Below are positions 36,421-44,767 of a stretch of 64,000 nt of DNA, piece after piece. The notes under the pieces are model-generated. The model was given only the letters and a program-made list of their open reading frames with translations, did no database searches and was not told the origin of the DNA. The stretch comes from a virus (Duplodnaviria > Heunggongvirae > Uroviricota > Caudoviricetes). A program made the translations under genes and the position numbers. The DNA is taken from IMG/VR virus record IMGVR_UViG_3300023202_000061; one strand, 5' to 3'. Every line of letters starts with the position of its first letter. Position 1 is the stretch's first letter.

Positions 36421-36795
36421 TCAAGCCTCCTCCCAATAAAGCTCAGAGGTGATTCGACGCCCAAGCTCAAAAGGGTTATCCACCCAGTTTCCAAAATCCT
36501 TTTCATCAGATTCTGGATAATCATGATTCACAGCAATAAGAATAAAAGTATTCACATCCATTCCGTTTAGGAAAGCATAAAGAGCTTTCACATCTTTGTG
36601 AAAGTCTGGCTGCCACTTTGTATTCATCCAACGAAGAAGATGTGACTCTTCCGAATCATCTTCATTCACTACATCATGAACGCTTCTTTGCAAAAGATCC
36701 TGTAAAGGAGAATCTTCAACTAATGCTGAAACATGATTGAGTTTAAGATAAAGTGTTTTTGTTAACACTAACCCTACATCATAATATGATGACAT
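36421..36795 (-). CDS. hypothetical protein (AT-rich)
   Basis: 124 aa. Confidence 0.7.
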   Translation of the reverse strand: MSSYYDVGLVLTKTLYLKLNHVSALVEDSPLQDLLQRSVHDVVNEDDSEESHLLRWMNTKWQPDFHKDVKALYAFLNGMDVNTFILIAVNHDYPESDEKDFGNWVDNPFELGRRITSELYWEEA

Positions 36796-36860
36796 TTTTA
36801 CCTACTTTCTCGTTTCGCGGTGCTTGATTGCAGCACATGCAACACGACGAATTGTTCCGC

Positions 36861-37115
36861 TCATTCCTGTTCCTCTAGCTTACTCAAGATGTACTTTCCG
36901 TCGTCAGAATCCTTGGGATGACAGAAGTAAAGCCCAGAGCCGTAGCGCGGGATTTGAAAATCCCTGAAACGCATCGGGTCATTGTGAGTAATTTCCCGTA
37001 CTTGCTTCCCTCCGTACGTTCCAAGAACCCTGACCGTCTTCGTGTACCAGTAGTCGTAAGCCTCCGGCGCTGAGGTGATGTAATGTTCTTTGTTGTCCTG
37101 CACCTGAATACTCAT
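36861..37115 (-). CDS. hypothetical protein
   Basis: 84 aa. Confidence 0.65.
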   Translation of the reverse strand: MSIQVQDNKEHYITSAPEAYDYWYTKTVRVLGTYGGKQVREITHNDPMRFRDFQIPRYGSGLYFCHPKDSDDGKYILSKLEEQE

Positions 37116-37471
37116 ACTTCCTCCTTGATTAGATCGGGATACTTGCCAGCATCAAAATCCTTGACGAACTGTGAGGTGCTAGGTGTGTGTGCAGGATCCA
37201 TTGTTTGAGGATCGCTGTACGTCATAGTATTGCCACCAACCCGTAAACCAATTGTAGAGGGAAACTTTTCCCTAATAGCCAAAGCTAGTGGGCAGTGTCT
37301 TGGGTTTTTTTGCACTCCCTTGACACCTATTTTACGAATAGACTCGGCGACCTCCTCAGAGGTATTGCCCATGTCTTTCAAAAAATCACTTACAGCTCCC
37401 ATATCAAACCTATTCGTGTGCCCAACCAAGTAGAATCCGTACAACAGACTCTGCCCATTCATTTTCTCCAC
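37112..37471 (-). CDS. hypothetical protein
   Basis: 119 aa; HCPLA...FVKDFDAGKYPDL. Confidence 0.7.
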   Translation of the reverse strand: MEKMNGQSLLYGFYLVGHTNRFDMGAVSDFLKDMGNTSEEVAESIRKIGVKGVQKNPRHCPLALAIREKFPSTIGLRVGGNTMTYSDPQTMDPAHTPSTSQFVKDFDAGKYPDLIKEEV

Positions 37472-37631
37472 CCCTAGAACGAAGCCATGTGTTGAGGCTT
37501 TCCTTATCTAGGGCGAAGATGTCTACAGAATCCCATTTCCCTTCGGGAGTCTTTGCTCGGACAAAGATGCCTGTACTGACACCTTCGTTCTCACAAACCT
37601 TTAATCTTGCAGGATCAACTTTGAGTTCCAT
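37410..37631 (-). CDS. hypothetical protein
   Basis: 73 aa. Confidence 0.55.
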   Translation of the reverse strand: MELKVDPARLKVCENEGVSTGIFVRAKTPEGKWDSVDIFALDKESLNTWLRSRGGENEWAESVVRILLGWAHE

Positions 37632-37791
37632 TCTTTTTCCTTTCAGTAACTTCCTCGATCATCCTTGAGAAGTAATAATTAACTGACGTTAGTGTGAAGA
37701 TGTAAGGCTTAGTGTTGCTAAGACAGTACGAACAAGTAAGATTGCTCTCACACTTGCAGTGTACTGACTTAGCGTAACCTCGGAGTGCCAC

Positions 37792-38088
37792 CTATGACCT
37801 ATTCCTTGAGCAATCCATCTTATGACCATGATCTTCGTCACACTCAGGACACTCTCTGGCAGAGAGAAGGATGTCAGCAATGTTATTGTCAACATCCACA
37901 TTAGATCGTCCTTCGTTCTGAAGAACAACTCGGCAAGGTCCATCATTCTGCTCTCCAAAGAAGAACATCATTCCGGTAAAGTACCGAGTCCGAACGTAGC
38001 TTACTTGGCCCCAGTAATTGCCTCCGGCAGTACCTGCGCCAGGAAACTTATTCTGAAGAGCGTAAACCTTTTCATTGTTAATCATCAA
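37792..38088 (-). CDS. hypothetical protein with C-terminal CxxC-H-C
   Basis: CPECDEDHGHKMDCS. Confidence 0.6.
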   Translation of the reverse strand: MMINNEKVYALQNKFPGAGTAGGNYWGQVSYVRTRYFTGMMFFFGEQNDGPCRVVLQNEGRSNVDVDNNIADILLSARECPECDEDHGHKMDCSRNRS

Positions 38089-38339
38089 TCACCGCTCCCG
38101 TAAGCTGCGTAGAGTGAAAGACAGAAAGCACTGAACTGAAGAATGACAGACATGCTCAACCCAGCGATGGCGGGGTTGTAAACCCCGTGCATGAACCCAA
38201 CGTTACCCTGACCCCATGCAATGAGAAGCATGGTCAGACCAACGTTGAACGCGGTGGCGAAGCAAACCCCCACAAAGCCCAGAGCGAACTTTGCAGGGGA
38301 TACTGTCAACTTGAAAGGAAGTGACAGTGCTTTCATCAC
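38085..38339 (-). CDS. small membrane protein
   Basis: Two hydrophobic segments. Confidence 0.6.
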   Translation of the reverse strand: MMKALSLPFKLTVSPAKFALGFVGVCFATAFNVGLTMLLIAWGQGNVGFMHGVYNPAIAGLSMSVILQFSAFCLSLYAAYGSGD

Positions 38340-38914
38340 GCCGTCTTTGCCTCCACAGCCTCTTCGACCTCGATGCCCATGGCACCTTCGGTGGCAGCTT
38401 CAGCAGCCTTGGCCTTAGCAGCTGCATTAGCAGCTTCCTTATCCAATGCAGCCTCAATCTCGCCAGCGATTCGACCGTGAACCCCGGTGTACCATTCCAG
38501 GACCTTTTGCACCGTGCGATGCTGACCGTCCCGGCATTGTACTTTCATCTTGGCAACTCGTTCGTTGCGGCGGATTGAATACAATGAAGCTCCAGCAGAA
38601 GCTGCGGCATCTCGATGCCGATTCCTTGTGGAGTATTGCACTGCGGTCTGAAGACCAACAGCGGCAGCATGAGCGACCTGCAAAGCAGGTCCGTGAAGAC
38701 CTTCGTGCTCTGCATACTTCAGGCAGTTAGCAGCGTTGGTCATGTCGTCTGACCCAACCATGCGGCTCTTTCGCTTGAGGACTTCACTCTCTGAGAGCTT
38801 ACGGCCTCGGCGGTTGTTCCGTTTACCCTGACCCTTCGGCCCAGCCTTGCGGTTGTGGGAATGAACAGTCTTGGAGGCTTCTGACTTGTTAACTTCGATA
38901 ATGCGCTTGTTCAT
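38336..38914 (-). CDS. basic Ala-rich hypothetical protein
   Basis: 192 aa. Confidence 0.7.
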   Translation of the reverse strand: MNKRIIEVNKSEASKTVHSHNRKAGPKGQGKRNNRRGRKLSESEVLKRKSRMVGSDDMTNAANCLKYAEHEGLHGPALQVAHAAAVGLQTAVQYSTRNRHRDAAASAGASLYSIRRNERVAKMKVQCRDGQHRTVQKVLEWYTGVHGRIAGEIEAALDKEAANAAAKAKAAEAATEGAMGIEVEEAVEAKTA

Positions 38915-39111
38915 GATTTATCTTTCTTCTTTTGGTTGTGGTTTGGTTTGAAAAATACTTGGTAGCAACCACGATGTAAGAGCATAGCTCATGTAGTGGA
39001 ATGATTACGCCTTAGCCAAGTTTTACGGATAACTTACCTTGCCCAAGTAACAAGGAGCTTGCCTATCCAACCTTACAGCGCTAGGCATGTAAGGATTAGT
39101 AACCCTAGAAC

Positions 39112-39507
39112 TTACCAGTTTCCTGCTTGGATGTCCTCTTTGGTCCGCCAGGTCCCTTTGAAGAAAGAGCCGCCTTCGGATTCGGAGCAGTGGCAATCGA
39201 AAGTGAAAACCTCTCCTGGATTTGCAACCCCGAACCGCTCATCAGGTTCGCCTCGGTCGAAAGGACTGCGATCCTTGTTGTATCGAGCAATGCCGATGAT
39301 GGTCCGGTTATCAGTCTCGATGACGTAACCCCGATGATGCTGACCTACAGTTTCGTAAGCCTCTCGGTCATCTCTGGAGTAACGAGTCAGTTTGACTCGA
39401 CCATCAGAGAGGAAGTGTCCTCGAATGACCCAGACCGCATTGATTTTGCGGTCGATGGCAATGATGGGGTCCAGCTTGGTTTCTTTCATGGTGTTCCTTC
39501 CTTTCAT
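39112..39507 (-). CDS. hypothetical protein
   Basis: 131 aa; GAAAGGAAGG RBS before MKETK. Confidence 0.65.
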   Translation of the reverse strand: MKGRNTMKETKLDPIIAIDRKINAVWVIRGHFLSDGRVKLTRYSRDDREAYETVGQHHRGYVIETDNRTIIGIARYNKDRSPFDRGEPDERFGVANPGEVFTFDCHCSESEGGSFFKGTWRTKEDIQAGNW

Positions 39508-39603
39508 CCTAAAAGGATGATCTTGATGATGCCGATGGTTGCTCCGAAGCAGAATGCTACGGCCATGACGTAGATGATTCGGTTAAACATATTTCCTATG
39601 TCG

Positions 39604-39655
39604 TTGGTAAGTTGGTAAGTAAATTGGTAAATTGGTAAATTGGTAAATTGGTAAC
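39604..39655. repeat. tandem TTGGTAA(A/G/C) x6
   Basis: ttggtaag ttggtaag taaa ttggtaaa ttggtaaa ttggtaaa ttggtaac. Confidence 0.9.
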
Positions 39656-39659
39656 AAGT

Positions 39660-40270
39660 TAACCTACCCAGCAGAATTGCTAGATGGAGAAGAGTTGCGC
39701 TGCCCTGCTTAGCTTTCCACTCCAACCCTTGATAACTCATAAAGAATTTCCTAGGCGACTTTAGGTCGCCCGGCAACCTTTAAGGGTTGCTAGGTTGCAA
39801 AGGTACTCACTAATGCTAAGGGCTAGCGCCTTTTGGGGTATTCAGACTCCAGTTTGGAAGCACCCGTCCAATTCTGTATGTCTGTATTAGTCAGTTCACT
39901 GACTTTGGTTATTAAGGTAGCCAACCTATAGAAGCTCATCACAACTTTTGCTAAGTTTTTGCTTAGCCCCGAAAGCCGGGAGCGATATGTGGTACTGTGG
40001 CCTACTACGGCCCTGCTCGAATGGATTTCATCTTTTCACCTCCTTCGGGATGCCTTTGCGGCTGCTATCGGTGAATTTTAAGGTAGCTAACCTCTGTAGC
40101 GAAGCTAGCCGATTTTGGGGTTCTTGGAGTACCAAGGTCAGTGTCACAACCCCAACACTGACTAAGCCTTATCACTTCATGACGGGCTCCTTTTGACCAA
40201 AGTAGAGCTTCGCTCTACCAAGGGGTACAACGGCCTAAAGGCCGCCCCTCCGAAGAAAGGCGGCCTCCAT
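39660..40270 (-). ncRNA. candidate large structured non-coding RNA
   Basis: No credible long ORF; at least 10 short inverted repeats, several with UUCG or GNRA loops on the minus strand. Confidence 0.45.
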
Positions 40271-40287
40271 GTCCGGCAAGCCGATTG

Positions 40288-40740
40288 TTAAGCGGCAGCT
40301 ACGACGTAGCGCTCGCAACCAATCTCGGCCTTGAGTGCTTCATTGTAGACCTTCTTGAAGTCTGCACCGGACAAAGCACCAGCGTCCCGAGTTGCCTGGA
40401 AGGCAACCTTGAATGCTGCCTTGACCTCAGCTTCGGTCTTACCCGAAGCCTCGACACAGCGTGCCAGGTCATCCTGACCTCGCTTCTTGGCAGCGGCCTT
40501 TGCCGTTGCTGCGTTGCCCTTCTTGGAAACCTTCTTCTTGGTGGCCTTACGGCGTCCCTTCGGAGCTTCCTTCAGAGCGGCTACTGCTTCCTTGGCAGCG
40601 TTAGCTGCCGTCTCGGCTACGAGCTTCTTCAGCTCGTCTTCGGTCATACTAACCTTCTTAGCAGCAGGAGCACGCTTGGCTGCGGTCTTCTTGCCTGCGG
40701 GCTTGGTGGTGGTCTTGGTGGTCTTCTTTGCTGCGGCCAT
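40288..40740 (-). CDS. histone H1-like Lys/Ala-rich protein
   Basis: MAAAKKTTKTTTKPAGKKTAAKRAPAAKK...; strong AAAGGAGG RBS. Confidence 0.75.
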   Translation of the reverse strand: MAAAKKTTKTTTKPAGKKTAAKRAPAAKKVSMTEDELKKLVAETAANAAKEAVAALKEAPKGRRKATKKKVSKKGNAATAKAAAKKRGQDDLARCVEASGKTEAEVKAAFKVAFQATRDAGALSGADFKKVYNEALKAEIGCERYVVAAA

Positions 40741-40820
40741 GTTGGCCTCCTTTTCTTTTCGATTGGGGCGAAGCCCCGGTTTTGGTTTGTGGATGAAGAT
40801 AAGATAAAGTCTTAGTAAGT

Positions 40821-40885
40821 AAGATATAGTAGGGCGGCGGATGACTCACCCTCTTTTTTGCTCAGAATCATCAGGTTTTGCCTCG
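40821..40885 (-). promoter_or_regulatory. dispersed repeat R2 (TGATGATTCTGAGCA box)
   Basis: Near-identical to 20947-21013. Confidence 0.7.
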
Positions 40886-41010
40886 CGGGGAACGCGGTCA
40901 GGCGTAATCTCCACTCGTGCGCCTGTGCCCTGAAGTGCAAGCGTGAATGCTAGAAGAAAGTACATTTTCCTTTTCCTTCTTTTTGGTAAAAACACTAGGT
41001 AAAGAACGTT

Positions 41011-41092
41011 GCCCCAAGTCGAGGAGTCGAACCTCTACACCACCCGCCTTGAAAGGCAGTTACTACCCGTCTCTTTTTGGTGGTACCTGGGA
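41011..41092 (-). pseudogene. degenerate tRNA-Glu(TTC)-like element
   Basis: Acceptor TCCCAGG/CTTGGGG, CTGCC-TTTCAA-GGCGG anticodon arm with a 6-nt loop, T-arm GAGG-TTCGACT-CCTC, no clear D-stem. Confidence 0.55.
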
Positions 41093-41311
41093 AAGAAAAG
41101 CCCCGTCATAGACAGAGGCCAATGAAAAGAAAGATGAAAGGAATCATGCAACCAAGCGCTGCACTAAGAATCTCTTTGATGTCTTCAATACTCATCGTAA
41201 GTCATCCTCCCATGGAAAATCTCTCACAAGAGGTAAACCCTGAAGCATTGACCGAGGGTATTTTTGACTTTTCACGGAGCTGTATTAGTTCTTGTAAGGT
41301 CATAGGTTCCT

Positions 41312-41620
41312 TTAAGCGCTGAGAATGCCTTTGACAGATTCGTAAGCTCTTGCCTTTGAATCATCTCCCTTAATGCGGGCCAAGGATTCATTGACAGTGA
41401 TTGTGCTCTGGATTATGTCCTCTGTATTCTCTCCCTGGATGAGATTCAGGGTTTCCTCCAAGACCAAAACATGACCCTGTGCCCTGTGATAGATGTGAAA
41501 ATTCCGGTCTTTCAAAGCATCATGAAGTACACTCTCATAATACTTCAGCCAGAATTGAAGCGTTTGACGGAGTATTGATTGAGTCATGCTTCCCTCCTTT
41601 CTTTGCCTTTCAAACGCCAA
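41312..41620 (-). CDS. hypothetical protein
   Basis: 102 aa; start probably MTQSIL. Confidence 0.55.
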   Translation of the reverse strand: MAFERQRKEGSMTQSILRQTLQFWLKYYESVLHDALKDRNFHIYHRAQGHVLVLEETLNLIQGENTEDIIQSTITVNESLARIKGDDSKARAYESVKGILSA

Positions 41621-41776
41621 AAGCTCGCGACCCCGAAGGATGGCGAGCTTTGTGGTTTAGTTCTTTCGGAACCATTCCTCTTCTTGAGGAGTGAACGGTG
41701 AGTTTTCAATTCGATGCATGATGTTCCTTTGGCTGAAAGTTTGGGAGTTTGGGAGTTACCAGAAAAGGTAAGGGAC

Positions 41777-42010
41777 TTAACTTGCTTGGGCCTGAGCCTC
41801 TGCTCGGTCCTTTTCCCACTCAATGAGCCTCATGTAGTTGGGAAGCTCCAGGGCCGAAAGCCCATGCTTGAGAAGGTCTACGGCAATGTCAGAAAGATCC
41901 GCTCCGTAGCACGCCCTCTGGATGCATCCATCCAGAAGCTCTTGGTTGCGGCGAAGTGATGAACCGGAGCGAAGCTCCGTGATGATTGCTTGGTTGGTTG
42001 CTCTGGACAT
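41777..42010 (-). CDS. hypothetical protein
   Basis: 77 aa; AAAGGA RBS. Confidence 0.6.
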   Translation of the reverse strand: MSRATNQAIITELRSGSSLRRNQELLDGCIQRACYGADLSDIAVDLLKHGLSALELPNYMRLIEWEKDRAEAQAQAS

Positions 42011-42148
42011 GTGTGTGTACCCGTCCTTTCGATTTTTTGGGCTTTAGGAAAATTTTTCAGAAATTTTTTCTTAGATGAGTTTGGGAAGATTAAGGTTTGA
42101 AAACTTTTGACTAAACACTTGTTTGTGTTAAGTTACAGTGTGGGTAAA

Positions 42149-42242
42149 GTAGTGGATAGGGGGTATTAGAGGGAGTGTGCCCTAGCAGGGTACCTGATCT
42201 TAGTTGGGGCAAAAACCAAACATTTTCTTTCCGAATTACCCC
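42149..42242. repeat. dispersed intergenic element E2 (second copy of E1)
   Basis: See 33663-33756. Confidence 0.7.
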
Positions 42243-42346
42243 TCCCTAGCCATTCCGGCTAAACTTATCATGATAAGTTAACATTCACTAAACATGCCCC
42301 GATGATAACCTAACAACCTCAGTTGCTAAGATTGATAAGTTATCAT

Positions 42347-42368
42347 CGAGACACCTTTCGGTGTCTCG
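42347..42368 (-). terminator. hairpin after the 42372-42587 gene
   Basis: Minus strand CGAGACACC-GAAA-GGTGTCTCG. Confidence 0.6.
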
Positions 42369-42371
42369 GCT

Positions 42372-42587
42372 TTAGGAAGCCTTAGCTACCTGGAGAGCAA
42401 AGCTCTCCTTACCCTTGAACTCCTCTCGGATGCTCTCATGAACTTCCGGGCGGCAAGTTAACAAGTGATGACCAGCATCAGCAATGTTAACCTTCTCCTG
42501 ACAACAACGACACGTTACCTTCTTTACATTAGCCATGTGGCCTCCTTCTTTGAACTGGTTGATAAGATTGTTAAGATTGTTAAGCAA
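42372..42587 (-). CDS. small Zn-binding hypothetical protein
   Basis: CRCC...HLLTC; true start MANVKK after a GGAGG RBS. Confidence 0.6.
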   Translation of the reverse strand: MLNNLNNLINQFKEGGHMANVKKVTCRCCQEKVNIADAGHHLLTCRPEVHESIREEFKGKESFALQVAKAS

Positions 42588-42612
42588 TGGGGTTTGGAAG
42601 GAATCTCTTAAG

Positions 42613-42686
42613 CCCTAAGTGTAGGAGTCGAACCTACATGATGATAACTATTGTAAGTTATCAAACAAGCCGAGTAAACTCAGGGG
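42613..42686 (-). ncRNA. tRNA-like element
   Basis: CCCTGAG/CTTAGGG acceptor-like stem, TGTAGG-TTCGACT-CCTACA T-arm, GATAACT/AGTTATC central hairpin. Confidence 0.45.
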
Positions 42687-42735
42687 TGGCCCGAAGGGGC
42701 CAGAGTTAGGGGAATCACTCTGGCCCCTTCGGGGC

Positions 42736-43887
42736 TCAGCCAGCCTTAGCCAGCTCTCGGACGCCTCGGTCAACCTTCTTCCAATCAGTGACATTGAAGG
42801 TAAGAGAGGTGTTACCATCGGCATCTGCAAGGACAGCAATGAGCTTGTTACCATTCTGATGGAAGTCAATGGTGTACCCATACTTCTGGAGACGTGCCTC
42901 CGCATGAAGATGGGGAGTCAGCTTGTTAGCCTTGACACCGATGATCCATCCAGCCCAGTAGTGAGCAAACTTGCTCTGTTCTTTGCGGGCCTTCCAGAGC
43001 TTCATTCCAGTGGTCTTGGAGATAAACTCAGCCTCATCCTCAGAGAGTTGGTTGGCAAAGGTGTAGATGCTCTTGCGCTGCTCTTCGGAGCCAGAAGTGT
43101 AATCACCTTTCTTAGTCTTCTTAGCAACTTTCTGGCCATCCTTGACTTTCTGAGTCACAGGACCATGCTCAACAACTTCCTTGTTACCATTGATGTTCTT
43201 GGTAAGTTGTGTGCGTCCACGGCGCTTCGGAGCAGAGGCAGCCATATCTTTGGTGTTAGCAAAGCGGATGTACTTATCCCCAGAGGGATGGAGCCGGTAG
43301 GCTCCAGCGAAGCCCTGTGCTTCCATGAGTTTGTCAACACTCTCACAGAAACGCGTACGCCTGTTGTTATCCTGACCGAAATCCTCTTCCCGAGTTTCCG
43401 TGTAGTGAAGCTGGAGTGCATGGTTACATGCATCGGTGTAAGATTGTACCCAAGCATCCATGTCATTCCAAGGGAATGAGATACCAGAGTTGCGGCGGGG
43501 AGGGTCAGCAGCTACCGGAGCAGTTGCAGCGCCATCCAATTCTTCCAGGCCGAAGGAGTTTTCACACTCTGTGAAGTCTTCGGGGTTATCAAGGACCGGA
43601 GCTTCGTCCCGAGCATCGAAGGTCACAGGAGGCTGCTCCTTCGGAGCAGGGTTATGGGCCCTGTTATCCTTTCGGATGGTGTTCCACTTCTTGGGAAGTG
43701 GAATGTCCCGAGCTTTCAGCTCGGCAGTCAGGGAGCGAAGGGCTCCTGATTCAGAGTCAACGATCTTGGAGAGGATGCGCTCTCCACCGAAGGTGGTAGC
43801 GGCTCGGAACTTAGTTCCCTCAGCATTGGGCTGAACGAAACGAGGAGCGATTGCAATTGAAGTGGTTGAAGTGTTGTTCTTTTCCAT
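42736..43887 (-). CDS. hypothetical protein, first gene of the leftward arm
   Basis: 383 aa from MEKNNT (start moved to 43887, GGAAGGA RBS). Confidence 0.8.
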   Translation of the reverse strand: MEKNNTSTTSIAIAPRFVQPNAEGTKFRAATTFGGERILSKIVDSESGALRSLTAELKARDIPLPKKWNTIRKDNRAHNPAPKEQPPVTFDARDEAPVLDNPEDFTECENSFGLEELDGAATAPVAADPPRRNSGISFPWNDMDAWVQSYTDACNHALQLHYTETREEDFGQDNNRRTRFCESVDKLMEAQGFAGAYRLHPSGDKYIRFANTKDMAASAPKRRGRTQLTKNINGNKEVVEHGPVTQKVKDGQKVAKKTKKGDYTSGSEEQRKSIYTFANQLSEDEAEFISKTTGMKLWKARKEQSKFAHYWAGWIIGVKANKLTPHLHAEARLQKYGYTIDFHQNGNKLIAVLADADGNTSLTFNVTDWKKVDRGVRELAKAG

Positions 43888-43949
43888 GATTGATATTCCT
43901 TCCGGGTTCTCGACCCAAACAATGTTCCTGCTCAGAATCATCAGGGAAA

Positions 43950-44767
43950 CCCCTTTCCCTTTTAACTCTAGGACTCAACTCCTTCGGAGTTGAATCGGCA
44001 TCTTTTGATTATTTACTTCAGAACTTTAGAAGTAATAATATATAGTGGAGCGGAACTCTCACCACCTATAATGCTCAGAATAATCAGGTCATCAGGGTTA
44101 GGCAGATCATCAGGGTATAAGGGAGTTGACAGCTCCGGCGCTGTGCGCCACCTCCCAGAGGGGTTATGGCAGATATCATGTACTCCCTGTACTCCCTATA
44201 TTCCCTCTACTCCTTTGATAAGATATCCTGTACTTATGTTGTTATCTGTTCTATTACTTACTCTACCTGTATGTTCCCTACTCTCCTCTCTCCCTTAGTT
44301 CTATTCCTCCGTGTTCTATCTGACGATACATGGTGGTCCTGCCTTTGTTTTTACCAGAAAGGTAGGATATTTTTACTTGATTAGCGGAGGTATTGTTAGA
44401 AGGTTACACCTTTAAAAGTTTAAAATACCTTTGATTTGTTAGGATTTGTATGAGAATTCTTGGTTGGTTTAGATTTTTGAAAGGAATGTCGTATGTATAA
44501 TCTAGTGTACCATAACTCCCAATAGATAACTGTTAACGATAACTACGTTATGAGTAATATTTGTACAGACATATGGTAAGACAGAAAATAGAGTGATATT
44601 GAGGACTTAGGATTTACAGTACAAAGTGTTAGAATACGTGGTGTTAATGTTTGATGGATTTAATGAGTTAAAGTATTGATATTGTTTAGTTTATCTTGAC
44701 GAGAAAAGGGGATTGTTAAGATATGCGGGGGCAGTGAATTATGTAACTAATAAGTTGGGATAGGGGT
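43950..44767. other. non-coding divergent strand-switch region
   Basis: All credible genes to the left are minus strand and all to the right are plus strand; AT-rich with short repeats. Confidence 0.8.

Noticed and set aside
39948-40196. Plus-strand 82-aa ORF and minus-strand 39504-39776 ORF in the structured region
   Set aside because: No RBS, atypical composition, and translation through the tandem repeat (TNLPIYQFTYQ); treated as non-coding
40821-40832. Group I intron S element (AAGATATAGT)
   Set aside because: It is part of repeat R2 on the non-transcribed strand, with no P7 partner or interrupted gene
40859-40875. Hammerhead ribozyme or C/D-box RNA suggested by CTGATGA...CTGA in the repeat box
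   Set aside because: No stem II followed by GAAA and no cleavage-site helix; box C and box D are only 2 nt apart; a DNA promoter element fits the positions better
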